Assembly (NCBI GenBank): GCA_965202785.1
Contig: OZ241855.1
Coordinates: 1,280,001 to 1,344,000, forward strand
Length of the DNA stretch: 64,000 bases
Direction: 5' to 3'
From: Thermodesulfobacteriota bacterium
GTDB lineage: Bacteria > Desulfobacterota_D > UBA1144 > Nemesobacterales > Nemesobacteraceae
This document shows positions 30,222-38,853 of the stretch, one piece after another. Below the pieces are notes generated by a model. That model saw only the letters and a list, made by a program, of their open reading frames with translations, was not told where the DNA came from and ran no database searches. The position numbers and the translations under genes are program-made. How positions within the stretch are numbered: the first letter of the stretch is position 1; every line of letters begins with the position of its first letter.

Positions 30222-30255
30222 CAGATTTGACTATACTTCGACTGAAATATACAAT
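30222..30255 (+). promoter_or_regulatory. Sigma70-type promoter with shared CAGATTTGACTATA motif
   Basis: TTGACT-N17-TACAAT; the motif recurs near 41969, 46622(-), 48950(-), 51564 and 54480. Confidence 0.7.
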
Positions 30256-30308
30256 TTTTGGAACTGGCTGGTACTTAACTTAACGCTGGATAAGCGGAGA
30301 TAGCATCA

Positions 30309-31352
30309 ATGAATCCAAACCCAAACATGCGCAAGGATGAAGCATTGCTTTATCCATTTCCGGAGGGCTGGTATTTTGTCGCCAGCCGCAAGATGATTGA
30401 AAAAAAAGGACTCCTGAAGAGAACTTGGCTTGGAGAACAGATTGTTGTCTGGTGCAACGGGGAGGGGGAAGTTTGCGTTGCTGAGGCGGTCTGTCCGCAT
30501 CTTGGAGCCGATCTTAGTCCTGAGGTAGGGGGACGGGTACGCAACGGTTGCCTCGTATGTCCTTTTCACGGTTTCCAGTTTGATGTAAGTGGTCAATGCG
30601 TGGCGACACCTTTCGCTCCTCCGCCAAAAACTGCCAAGCTGAAGGTGTTCGAGACACGTGAAATCGAGGGTCTTATCTTTGGTTGGTGGGGCAGCGGCGG
30701 TCGAGAACCTCAATGGCACCTGCCCGAAATTTCCACGACGGATACCGATTGGAGCGGGATGGAATTCTGCCACCTCCGTTTCCCGGGACATCCCCAGGAA
30801 ACTACCGAGAACTCCGTGGATGTTGCACATCTTAACTATGTGCACCACTACGACAGTGTGAACATTGTCGGTTCGGTATCAATTGACGGCACCTTGCTCA
30901 GGAACTCCTTCAATTTCAAACGTAGCCTTACAGTTGCTGGCATCAAGCTTTTCGAGTACGACGTTTCCGCGGTCGCCAGTATACACGGGCTTGGCTATTC
31001 AATTGTCGAGGTTCACGAACATTCGATCAACATGGACACCCGCCTGTGGGTGCTTGCAACACCGATTGATGGCAAATTTATTGAAATGACGTTGGTGAGC
31101 CAAGTGAGGCAACTTCGTAATCCGAAGGGACTGGGCCACGGGCTGCGACTCCTTCCCCTAGGACTCAGGACCCGCCTCATGAACAAGGTTCTCATTTCCT
31201 CCCAAGAGCATGACGTCATGCAGGATGTCGTCATCTGGAGCAACCTGAAACATCGGTCACTTCCGAGGCTTTGCAGTGTTGACGGCGATATCGGGAAGTA
31301 TCGGCGCTACTGCAGGCAGTTCTATCCGGATGGCCAGTATTATAATCCCTAG
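30309..31352 (+). CDS. Rieske oxygenase of the steroid-acting KshA/Neverland-like group
   Basis: PFPEGWY, CPHLGADL, CPFHGFQF, ENSVDVAHLNYVH, QDVVIW, DGDIGKYRRYCRQFY. Confidence 0.82.
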   Translation: MNPNPNMRKDEALLYPFPEGWYFVASRKMIEKKGLLKRTWLGEQIVVWCNGEGEVCVAEAVCPHLGADLSPEVGGRVRNGCLVCPFHGFQFDVSGQCVATPFAPPPKTAKLKVFETREIEGLIFGWWGSGGREPQWHLPEISTTDTDWSGMEFCHLRFPGHPQETTENSVDVAHLNYVHHYDSVNIVGSVSIDGTLLRNSFNFKRSLTVAGIKLFEYDVSAVASIHGLGYSIVEVHEHSINMDTRLWVLATPIDGKFIEMTLVSQVRQLRNPKGLGHGLRLLPLGLRTRLMNKVLISSQEHDVMQDVVIWSNLKHRSLPRLCSVDGDIGKYRRYCRQFYPDGQYYNP

Positions 31353-31428
31353 AAGCATGTAGAGATGTTTATGCCGATTTCGGCATGCTATTCAGCTTTT
31401 CCATGCCGCACGGTGGAATCTTCGCGAT

Positions 31429-33759
31429 CTATGCGGTTGAGCCTCTCAATCGTTCCCTGATCTGCTCGCTGGTTTCCTTGGTTTCGTCAAGCAGCATGAG
31501 AAGCGGTGGAAGGAAGAAAAAATCTGCCAGTAGAGCAATAATTACCGTTATTCCTACCAAAAGACCGAGCACTTGGTTTCCCACCACCCCGGATGCTCCG
31601 AACACCATAAAGCCAAGCCCAAACACTATGGTAGTTGTAAACAGTGCCCTGCCCACAAAGCGAAAAGCTATTTGAACGGACTCCGAAGGCAGTTTCCCCG
31701 CTTTTCTGCTATCCGTATATTTTGTCATGAAGTGGATCGTGTCGTCCACGATGATGCCGAATGCTATAGCGGTGACGACCGCCGCCGGAACTCCTACCTC
31801 TCCGACCAAGTACCCCCACAGTCCCATGGCCATAGCGGCCGGAAGGAAATTGGGGATCAAACTGACCAGCCCCAGGCGTATGCTTCTGAATATGGCGAAC
31901 AGCAGCAGGGAGACGATGGCCATCGCCACAAAAGTTCCCTGCAACATATTTTCAATGTTCCTCTGAATCGAATGAGCCCCCACAATCGAAATTCCCGTAG
32001 CGCCGGTTTCCATGCTGGGGGCATTCTGCCGCAGCCATGCACGTGAACGATCGTCAAGATCGATCTTCTCCTTGCTGGACATGCTTTTCACTGAGACCGT
32101 TACGCGTGTTGATCTCCGGTCATGGTCGATCAGATTGTTAAGGTCGCGGCCTATCGGGAGAGAAAATTCGTAAAGCAAAAGGTACTGCGCGGCAAGTTCG
32201 GGGTCGTCGGGAAGCGCGTAGTAATCCGGGTTATCGCCATGCAGGTTCTTGTTCAGACGCTTCATGATGTCGGCAATTGAGAAGATATGGACAAATTCCG
32301 GTTGCTCCCGGTACCAATCTGCAAACGCTTCGACCTGTTTTAGGTATTCTATGTCCGTTACGGCGCCTTCACGGCCGGAATCGAGAGAGTACTCATAGGT
32401 CTCCACGCCAGGGAAATTCTCGCTCAGAAAATCTGCGGATTGCCGGAACTCGTAACTCTCATCGAGAACCTCAAGCCAGTTCTCCCTGAGTTCGATTTTG
32501 GAGATGCCGACAACCAGAAAGACAGTCAGAATGCCGGAGAAGCACAGAAGGATCGTACGATAGGAGATGACAAAACGGCTGAGACGATCGAAAAAATCCT
32601 GTTTGTTTTCGGGCATCTTCCTGGGACGAATGGGTAATATTGACAGGAATGCGGGCAATAGGGTTACCGAAAAGACAAAAGCGCACATGGAACCGAACGC
32701 CACGATGTTGCCCATGACCTTAAACGGCGGCATATCTACGAAATTCAGGCTCAGAAATCCGATTGCAGTTGTGAACGAGGTAAGGAAAATAGGCCACACG
32801 TCCACTCGCACGGCATGGATTGCCGCTTCTGTTCTCGTCATGCCCTGGCGTAAGCCCCCGGCCATTGCCTCAATAATGTGCACGGAGTGAGCGACGGTCA
32901 CAGCCATCAGTACAAACAGCGCTGCACCGCTTTCACCAAACAGCTTTGAGCCTGTCCACCCGGCAAAGCCCAGCGCGGATGTGATGACGGCAAAAATCAT
33001 CAGCACGATCGCAAGTGTTCCCCATATCGAACGTATCAGGACCAAGGCGACAAGCAGCATGGTTCCAAGAGCAATGGGCCCAAGGATGGCCGTTTCATCG
33101 TCAAGTGCGTCACCTATGACACGATTGAGAATGAGTTCACCTAAAAGATGGTAGTCGATGGATGTGTATTTCTCCCGGGCGTCGGCAGCAGTTTCATACA
33201 GATAGTCGGTAACTTCTCGCTTAGCCGTTTCCCGATTTTCATCAGGAAGCGCAATACTGACAACCAGACCTGCAACTCGTCCGTCACGGGAAAAGAATCT
33301 TCCGGCAATTTCCTCAGTATCGAATGCGATATCCCTGATTCGTTCTATATCGGCGTCGCTCAGGGAATCGGCTTCGTCGATAAGCGGCTCAACAACCAGC
33401 TCGTCTTCAAACCCCTCGCTATGCGTATAGTTTGAAATAGAATCGACGCGGGTGGCGTACGGGGTGCGCCAAAGCTGCTCAGTCAGCTCTTCAATGGCAA
33501 CAAGCGTTTCCCGTGTGAAAATGGTGCCGTTATGTGGCGCCATGGCAACCAACGCAACATCGGATAGTGCATATGTCTCTTCAAGCTGTTCGAGTGCAAC
33601 GAGGTGTGGGTCGGATTCATTAAAGTGATTATGAAAGTCTACATCCACCACAATCAAGCGCGTGGCTCCCGCGGCAAGGGCCAGCATAACAAGCAAAGAG
33701 ATCAAAATGGTCAGCCAGCGACGGGTGACGATCGTCGAGATACAGGGTTCCAAGTTCAT
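31429..33759 (-). CDS. MMPL/RND-family transporter
   Basis: Two-repeat RND topology, LTSFTTAIGFLSL, YLLLYEFSLP.G.DLNN, GIIVDDTIHF. Confidence 0.9.
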   Translation of the reverse strand: MNLEPCISTIVTRRWLTILISLLVMLALAAGATRLIVVDVDFHNHFNESDPHLVALEQLEETYALSDVALVAMAPHNGTIFTRETLVAIEELTEQLWRTPYATRVDSISNYTHSEGFEDELVVEPLIDEADSLSDADIERIRDIAFDTEEIAGRFFSRDGRVAGLVVSIALPDENRETAKREVTDYLYETAADAREKYTSIDYHLLGELILNRVIGDALDDETAILGPIALGTMLLVALVLIRSIWGTLAIVLMIFAVITSALGFAGWTGSKLFGESGAALFVLMAVTVAHSVHIIEAMAGGLRQGMTRTEAAIHAVRVDVWPIFLTSFTTAIGFLSLNFVDMPPFKVMGNIVAFGSMCAFVFSVTLLPAFLSILPIRPRKMPENKQDFFDRLSRFVISYRTILLCFSGILTVFLVVGISKIELRENWLEVLDESYEFRQSADFLSENFPGVETYEYSLDSGREGAVTDIEYLKQVEAFADWYREQPEFVHIFSIADIMKRLNKNLHGDNPDYYALPDDPELAAQYLLLYEFSLPIGRDLNNLIDHDRRSTRVTVSVKSMSSKEKIDLDDRSRAWLRQNAPSMETGATGISIVGAHSIQRNIENMLQGTFVAMAIVSLLLFAIFRSIRLGLVSLIPNFLPAAMAMGLWGYLVGEVGVPAAVVTAIAFGIIVDDTIHFMTKYTDSRKAGKLPSESVQIAFRFVGRALFTTTIVFGLGFMVFGASGVVGNQVLGLLVGITVIIALLADFFFLPPLLMLLDETKETSEQIRERLRGSTA

Positions 33760-33881
33760 AAGATCATGCCGAATTATAAATATGTCTAGATTTCAGATCT
33801 GGCATTTCCTCTTCACTTTGCCACGTCGAACCCTGTTCACCTTTACAGTGCTATATTACTGAACACAGGAATAATTATAGC

Positions 33882-33943
33882 GCGACAATCAAGATGAAAT
33901 GGCTGCGACAATCAAGACGAAATTCATGTCGCAATAAAGAAGA
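33882..33943 (+). repeat. Three direct repeats with 23-bp period (GCGACAATCAAGA core)
   Basis: gcgacaatcaagatgaaat (33882), gcgacaatcaagacgaaat (33905), degenerate gtcgcaataaaga (33928). Confidence 0.8.
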
Positions 33944-33990
33944 CAATACCGGGATATTTCGGGGGACGCAACCCTGGGAATCCGGGATTG
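33939..33990 (+). repeat. Left copy of a 52-bp inverted repeat
   Basis: 48/52 identical to the reverse complement of 36096-36147. Confidence 0.9.
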
Positions 33991-34202
33991 CACGGGTATA
34001 GGTGTCCACTTTTCCCGTTATACTTTATATGTTTTTCGAGGTTGTCAAAGTTTTTGAAGATTGGGAGTTATATGATGATAAAGTCAAAATCTTTATACAA
34101 TCAAAGAATAAAACACTTAAACTTAGGGAATTATGTATTTAGGTTGACAAGACTTCCTGCTCTAATTTTTGTGTGAGGTGATAAGGCGTTTGACAAAGCA
34201 GA

Positions 34203-34256
34203 CAGCGACATCCGGCTTGAGAAACCGGTGCTCTTTCCGAACTGAGCTACGGAGGG
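34203..34256 (-). pseudogene. 5' two-thirds of a tRNA (nominal anticodon CTC), lacking T arm and 3' acceptor strand
   Basis: CCCTCCG-TA-GCTC-AGTTCGGAAA-GAGC-A-CCGGT-TTCTCAA-GCCGG-ATGTC; preceded by TTGCCT-N16-TATAAT. Confidence 0.7.
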
Positions 34257-34352
34257 TTTACTAACGATTATACCTTGCTTGGTTGCTCAGGCAATCGGCG
34301 GGGTTCTTTATTCAAAGGGCTGGCAGGCATGGCCTACATATTGCACTAGGAA

Positions 34353-34380
34353 GATGCGGGTTCGAGTCCCGCCAACCGCT
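34353..34380 (+). other. tRNA 3'-end fragment (Gly-like), possible att site
   Basis: GATGCGGG-TTCGAGT-CCCGC-CAACCGCT is a perfect T arm plus 3' acceptor strand, with no matching 5' half or CCA. Confidence 0.65.
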
Positions 34381-35399
34381 TATATGGTTTCTTCGAAAGA
34401 CTCCCCTGGATAGAACTGCTGATACCACTTGCGCATTTTGTTCAGAAGAACAACGTCATCTCCCTTGATCTCCGGAGGGAAGGATTTCTGGTAAATCTTC
34501 CTTTTCCATATCTCCATGTCCTGCTGGTATTGCCAGATCCAGTTCCTAACCACGAAGGAAGGAAGTATTCGCAGTACACGCCGGGGGGCGAACCACCGGA
34601 AATTCACTTGTTGCCGAAGCGCTTCAAGGGGAGTATGCGTCTGGAACATTATTATCTCACCGATTCTCGGAAGGTTGAACTCGAATTTTATAACGCTCCC
34701 GGGACCGAGAAGGGTAACCAGCACCTGGGACTTCACGCTCTCGTAAGCCCGGCCTTTTATCTTAAGCGTTGACTCGACTCTGAGATAGGCAACATGCTCA
34801 AGCGTGTCATCGAGAAACCACGACGGCTTGTGTCGAACTTTTAGCCAGGGCAGCTTTATGTTTATCCAGGGGATGATGCCGGTTCCGTGGATATGAAAGA
34901 AATGACTGAAATCTACGGTGTTCTCGGCAAATTCTATAATGTGCATTTCCGCATCCAGGCTGTACTGACCGCGGTGAACCAGCTGCCGGCTGTCGATCTT
35001 CGGCTCAGCCGGCAGCTGGTACGGCGGCTGCTTGCCTTGCGCTGAATGATAAATCATGACCATGCCGTAGTGCTCGATCACTTCCCAGTGCCGATGAACG
35101 AGCTCGGTGTAGGATGACGGATTGCAGACCCTGCCTTCTCCGTTCAGTTGCCACCCGTGAAAAGGACATTGCAGCAAGTCCCCCTTGACTTCACCATAGG
35201 CCAGGTTTGCTCCCAAGTGCGGGCAGAATGCGTCTAAAGCCGAAAGCCGGCCGGTTGTCCGGCTGCGAAACAGGGCGATTTGCTCCCCCAGGCATTGAAC
35301 ATGCTTTACTTTTCCCGGTTTGATTTCCCTGGATGCCGCTATCCTGTACCAGCCGTCTGGAAACGGCGGCGGGTAGGTCTGTTCTCTCGCTTTATCCAT
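34380..35399 (-). CDS. Rieske oxygenase, Neverland/DAF-36 (cholesterol 7-desaturase)-like
   Basis: YPPPFPDGWY, CLGEQIALFRS, DAFCPHLGANL, CPFHGWQ, HIIEFAENTVDFSHFFHIH, QTHTPLE, QDMEIW, RKWYQQFY. Confidence 0.82.
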   Translation of the reverse strand: MDKAREQTYPPPFPDGWYRIAASREIKPGKVKHVQCLGEQIALFRSRTTGRLSALDAFCPHLGANLAYGEVKGDLLQCPFHGWQLNGEGRVCNPSSYTELVHRHWEVIEHYGMVMIYHSAQGKQPPYQLPAEPKIDSRQLVHRGQYSLDAEMHIIEFAENTVDFSHFFHIHGTGIIPWINIKLPWLKVRHKPSWFLDDTLEHVAYLRVESTLKIKGRAYESVKSQVLVTLLGPGSVIKFEFNLPRIGEIIMFQTHTPLEALRQQVNFRWFAPRRVLRILPSFVVRNWIWQYQQDMEIWKRKIYQKSFPPEIKGDDVVLLNKMRKWYQQFYPGESFEETI

Positions 35400-35429
35400 G
35401 TTTTTTTCTCCTTATGGGCTACGGAAGCA

Positions 35430-35893
35430 AAGCCATCTGCCTACCCCGCTTCCCTTGCGGGGCTTTCCCCCGACATAGGTTTCATCAGCTTCTACTATCC
35501 CTGCAGCAGTCCGGTTTCCTTCGTCTGTTCCGCCGCCATCTGGGCACGGATACGCTGTTGCATAAACCACGCTGTTTTCTGATTGAGTTCTAAATCACGG
35601 GCAAGCTGGCAACTGGACAGGCTTTTATTTGCGTTTACGATAAGCCCTATGGCGAGAAACCATTTCTGAAGGGGAATCTTTGTCTTTTCAAAGATAGTGC
35701 CGGAAAGTACATTGAAGCTTGACTTGCAATCGTGGCAGTTCCAACGGCCTATCCGGTTGCCGTCATGCTTACGGGCAACTTTGACGCTTCCACAGTGCGG
35801 GCAAGAGGGCGTGTCCTTAAACCGGATGTCCTCAAGGTGCTCTATGCAAGCTTCTTGGTCTGGGAACCTCTTGAAAATCTTGATTAAATTCAT
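35430..35893 (-). mobile_element. IS1595-family transposase N-terminal remnant (frameshifted, truncated)
   Basis: Zn ribbon CPHC...CHDC, GTIFEKTKIPLQKWF, QKTAWFM; after a frameshift IVEADETYVGGKPRK; upstream TTGACA-N17-CACAAT. Confidence 0.88.
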
Positions 35894-36095
35894 TTTCTAA
35901 TTTCCTTATAATAATATTGTGTCTGGGGTTAGAATGAATGTCAAGCCCCTAACTACTTATTAGGTTGTTATATTTATCTGGTATTTGTCTTTCATTCCTA
36001 TTATGTCCTTGTAATTCTTGTGACTGGTTACGGGGGCAATTCCCATATATGAAGTTTTCTGCTTGATAAAGGGCAGAAAGTTCCCGGCACCTGCA

Positions 36096-36147
36096 CAATT
36101 CGGGATTCTCAGGGTTGCGTCCCCCGAAATATTCCGGTATTGTCTTC
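36096..36147 (-). repeat. Right copy of the 52-bp inverted repeat
   Basis: Reverse complement gaagacaataccggaatatttcgggggacgcaaccctgagaatcccgaattg matches 33939-33990. Confidence 0.9.
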
Positions 36148-36221
36148 GCCATTGCTATATAAAAGTTCTATCTTGATTGTCACTCTATAGTCAGATAGAT
36201 TGTTACTGTTATAGGTGGAGA

Positions 36222-36581
36222 ATGAGCACTCAAAACAACCAACTTGAGTTACAGGCCGATCAGATTGAAGGGATCCTGATAATAAGCGTAACTGGCCGGA
36301 TTGATGGTATGAACGCGCAGGAGTTCCACGAAAATCTGGACAAGGAAATTGGCGGTTCTGACAATCCCGTAGTTCTGGATCTTGAAAAGCTGTCCTATAT
36401 CAGTAGTGCGGGATTGCGTTCAATCCTGCTTATTGCAAAGACGCTCCAAGGTAAAAAGACGAGATTCATGCTTTGTTCCTTGCCCGGTCCCATAAAGGAA
36501 ATCTTCGAGATCGCGGGTTTTGACAAAATCATTAATGTGCTCGAATCTCGCTCTGATGCTATAGCTACAATAACGGGTTAA
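36222..36581 (+). CDS. STAS-domain anti-sigma factor antagonist
   Basis: GRID, LDLEKLSYISSAGLR (phosphoacceptor Ser), IFEIAGF. Confidence 0.92.
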   Translation: MSTQNNQLELQADQIEGILIISVTGRIDGMNAQEFHENLDKEIGGSDNPVVLDLEKLSYISSAGLRSILLIAKTLQGKKTRFMLCSLPGPIKEIFEIAGFDKIINVLESRSDAIATITG

Positions 36582-36587
36582 ACCCTG

Positions 36588-38813
36588 TTACAAAGAAGCA
36601 GTTGCCGAATCCTCGCCTTCTGTCCCCTCTTCTGAAGTATCAATTACTTGGTTAGCCTCGGGGTCAAGCGGCAAGACAACAATCATATCTGTATATTCGC
36701 CTTCCTCCGTTTCTACGCGAAACTCACCACCGTGCTGTCGTACTATGTCGTTGGACAGCGATAATCCCAGGCCTGTCCCTTTATCCGTGGGCTTTGTTGT
36801 ATAGAACGGATTAAAGATACGCTCCAATGCAGATTGGGGAATGCCGGTTCCATTGTCACGAACGTGCACCTCAATATGGTCATCGACCAACCGCGTACTC
36901 AAATTAAGCGTCGGTTGATAATCCTTCTTTGACGCATCGTCGGCAGCAGCCAGCATTTTTCGTTTTTCGTCCGCGGCATAGCAGGCATTGGTTACCAGAT
37001 TTAGGAAAACCCGGCCAATGTCTTGCGGTTGCACCGTGATCTCTCCTATATCCGGCGAATAGTCTTCTTGTATTTCCAGCTGGAAGTCAGAGTCGGCGGC
37101 ACGAGCACTGTGGAACGCAAGCAACGCATGCTCGTTAAGCAATATGTTGAGGTCAGTTGGTTGCCATTCCCCGCCACCACGACCCATCTTGAGCATGTCT
37201 GTTATAATTCGGTTCGCACGAGTTCCGTGCTCGTGGATGCGCTTCAAATTTCCTGTCAAATCCTCGGCTACTTCCTCTACCAACTCTGGATCGTATTCCT
37301 CTTTCGCGTCCCCGTTAGCCTCCATTTTGGCTACCTCTTCCAGCAGTTCTTCCAGCAGCTCTTGTGAAACCTCTGAGAAGTTCATGATGAAGTTCATTGG
37401 ATTCTTGATTTCGTGCGCGACCCCGGCTGTCAACTGGCCAAGCGCAGCAAGCTTCTCCCGCATCACGATCTGGTCCTGCGCCCGTTTCAACTCTTCGTTA
37501 GTATGAGCCAGTTCCTCGTTCTTTTCTTGCAGTTGGTTAGCGAGCGTTTCTACAAGATTAAGGCGCTGTACTTCCAGTGCGTTATATCGGAACACTTCAA
37601 GCGCCTTGGCTAATTGCGCGATTTCGTCATTACCTCTGGTGTCGACGGTTATTTCTAGGTTGCCATCAGCCATTTCTTGCATTTGACTCGATATCCTCTC
37701 CAGACGCCGAATCAGACGGCGTTGTACAAGCAGCCATCCCAACAAGATTCCACCGCTTATACTAGCGATATTGAAAGCCAGCAGGACCTTCGTGCTGGTA
37801 GCAGTTACTGCAGCCGCTTTGCTCGCCATCTCCCCTGCAGCCATGCTTGAATCATTTACAACACTTTCTACTCGCGCTACGATGTCAATTCCTAAGGCCT
37901 GGTTCTCGAGAAGTAGGGCGGATAATTCATCGTCAACTGCAAGTTCCCGACTGCGCAGGTCGAATCCGTTGTTTTCCCTTCTGCCGAATGAGATCAGGTC
38001 TTCGAAAATCCCGGACAGCTGGCCATGAAGGTCGCCTCCCTCCTGTTCGTATTTTTCAAGCGCATCAAGCGACCGGCTGGTGCTGCCGGCTGCGGCTTCA
38101 AACCGTTCTCGCAATGGCTGAAGCATGGCCGCCTCGGTCACTACAAACGTGGTTGCAAGCAGCTGCGAAGCGACTACAGCCGCTTCGCGGAGTTCAAACA
38201 AGCGACGATAGATCAGGAATTCCGGTTCGGAGAAATGAACCGAGCGGGGAGATCGTGTTGCATCAAGAGACCGGTGTCCGGTCATTAGATAGAACATCTG
38301 ATTGTCGATCTCGTTAATCATAATCGGCGTTATTTTACTTTGGATACCCTGAAGCTCGTCTCTAAGATTGAGACTGCTCTCGCGAAGGTCAAAACGTTCC
38401 CTGACAAGCAATTTGATTCGCTCAATGTTCTGGATTATGGCGACCCCGTCAGATTGAATCTGCCGCGCTTGTTCGCTTTCTCCTTGATTTTCCATCATTA
38501 CCGAGAGTTGTGTTTTAAATGCATCCGCCTGCAGGTCGACCGTTCTGGATACGGTCCTGAACTGCTCAGGCGTGCTCGCGGTGAGTCGGGGAGCGGCGGC
38601 TACGAGCATGGCTGTCTGCTGGGCAATTGCAAACGCCGATGTCATCTCGGGTATGTTCTTTTCATTAACGGTTTGCTGAACTTTGCCGATTTGCCTAAGG
38701 AAGAAAAGAGCCATCAAACTGACGATGATGATGAGTACTACAGCACCTGCGTAACTTATATAAAGTTGCGTAGAAATTTGCGTAGAAATTCGGTTCCAGA
38801 GTTTTGAAAACAT
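36588..38813 (-). CDS. Membrane sensor histidine kinase (long helical periplasmic domain, HAMP, HisKA, HATPase)
   Basis: Two TM segments, GNDEIAQLA HAMP, AHEIKNP, NLVTNA, DNGTGI, GTGLGL. Confidence 0.93.
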   Translation of the reverse strand: MFSKLWNRISTQISTQLYISYAGAVVLIIIVSLMALFFLRQIGKVQQTVNEKNIPEMTSAFAIAQQTAMLVAAAPRLTASTPEQFRTVSRTVDLQADAFKTQLSVMMENQGESEQARQIQSDGVAIIQNIERIKLLVRERFDLRESSLNLRDELQGIQSKITPIMINEIDNQMFYLMTGHRSLDATRSPRSVHFSEPEFLIYRRLFELREAAVVASQLLATTFVVTEAAMLQPLRERFEAAAGSTSRSLDALEKYEQEGGDLHGQLSGIFEDLISFGRRENNGFDLRSRELAVDDELSALLLENQALGIDIVARVESVVNDSSMAAGEMASKAAAVTATSTKVLLAFNIASISGGILLGWLLVQRRLIRRLERISSQMQEMADGNLEITVDTRGNDEIAQLAKALEVFRYNALEVQRLNLVETLANQLQEKNEELAHTNEELKRAQDQIVMREKLAALGQLTAGVAHEIKNPMNFIMNFSEVSQELLEELLEEVAKMEANGDAKEEYDPELVEEVAEDLTGNLKRIHEHGTRANRIITDMLKMGRGGGEWQPTDLNILLNEHALLAFHSARAADSDFQLEIQEDYSPDIGEITVQPQDIGRVFLNLVTNACYAADEKRKMLAAADDASKKDYQPTLNLSTRLVDDHIEVHVRDNGTGIPQSALERIFNPFYTTKPTDKGTGLGLSLSNDIVRQHGGEFRVETEEGEYTDMIVVLPLDPEANQVIDTSEEGTEGEDSATASL

Positions 38814-38853
38814 TCCGCTTATCTCAATGTCTTTTGCATATGCAAAACGTCCG

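Noticed and set aside
33882-33943. Possible mini-CRISPR array
   Set aside because: The 23-bp period leaves only ~4-nt gaps, far too short for spacers, and there are no cas genes.
34203-34380. Intact, split or permuted functional tRNA, or tmRNA
   Set aside because: The pieces are on opposite strands, their acceptor strands do not pair, there is no CCA, and there is no tmRNA 5' end.
35949-36152. 67-aa ORF
   Set aside because: It begins inside the inverted repeat, has no recognisable motif and is probably non-coding.
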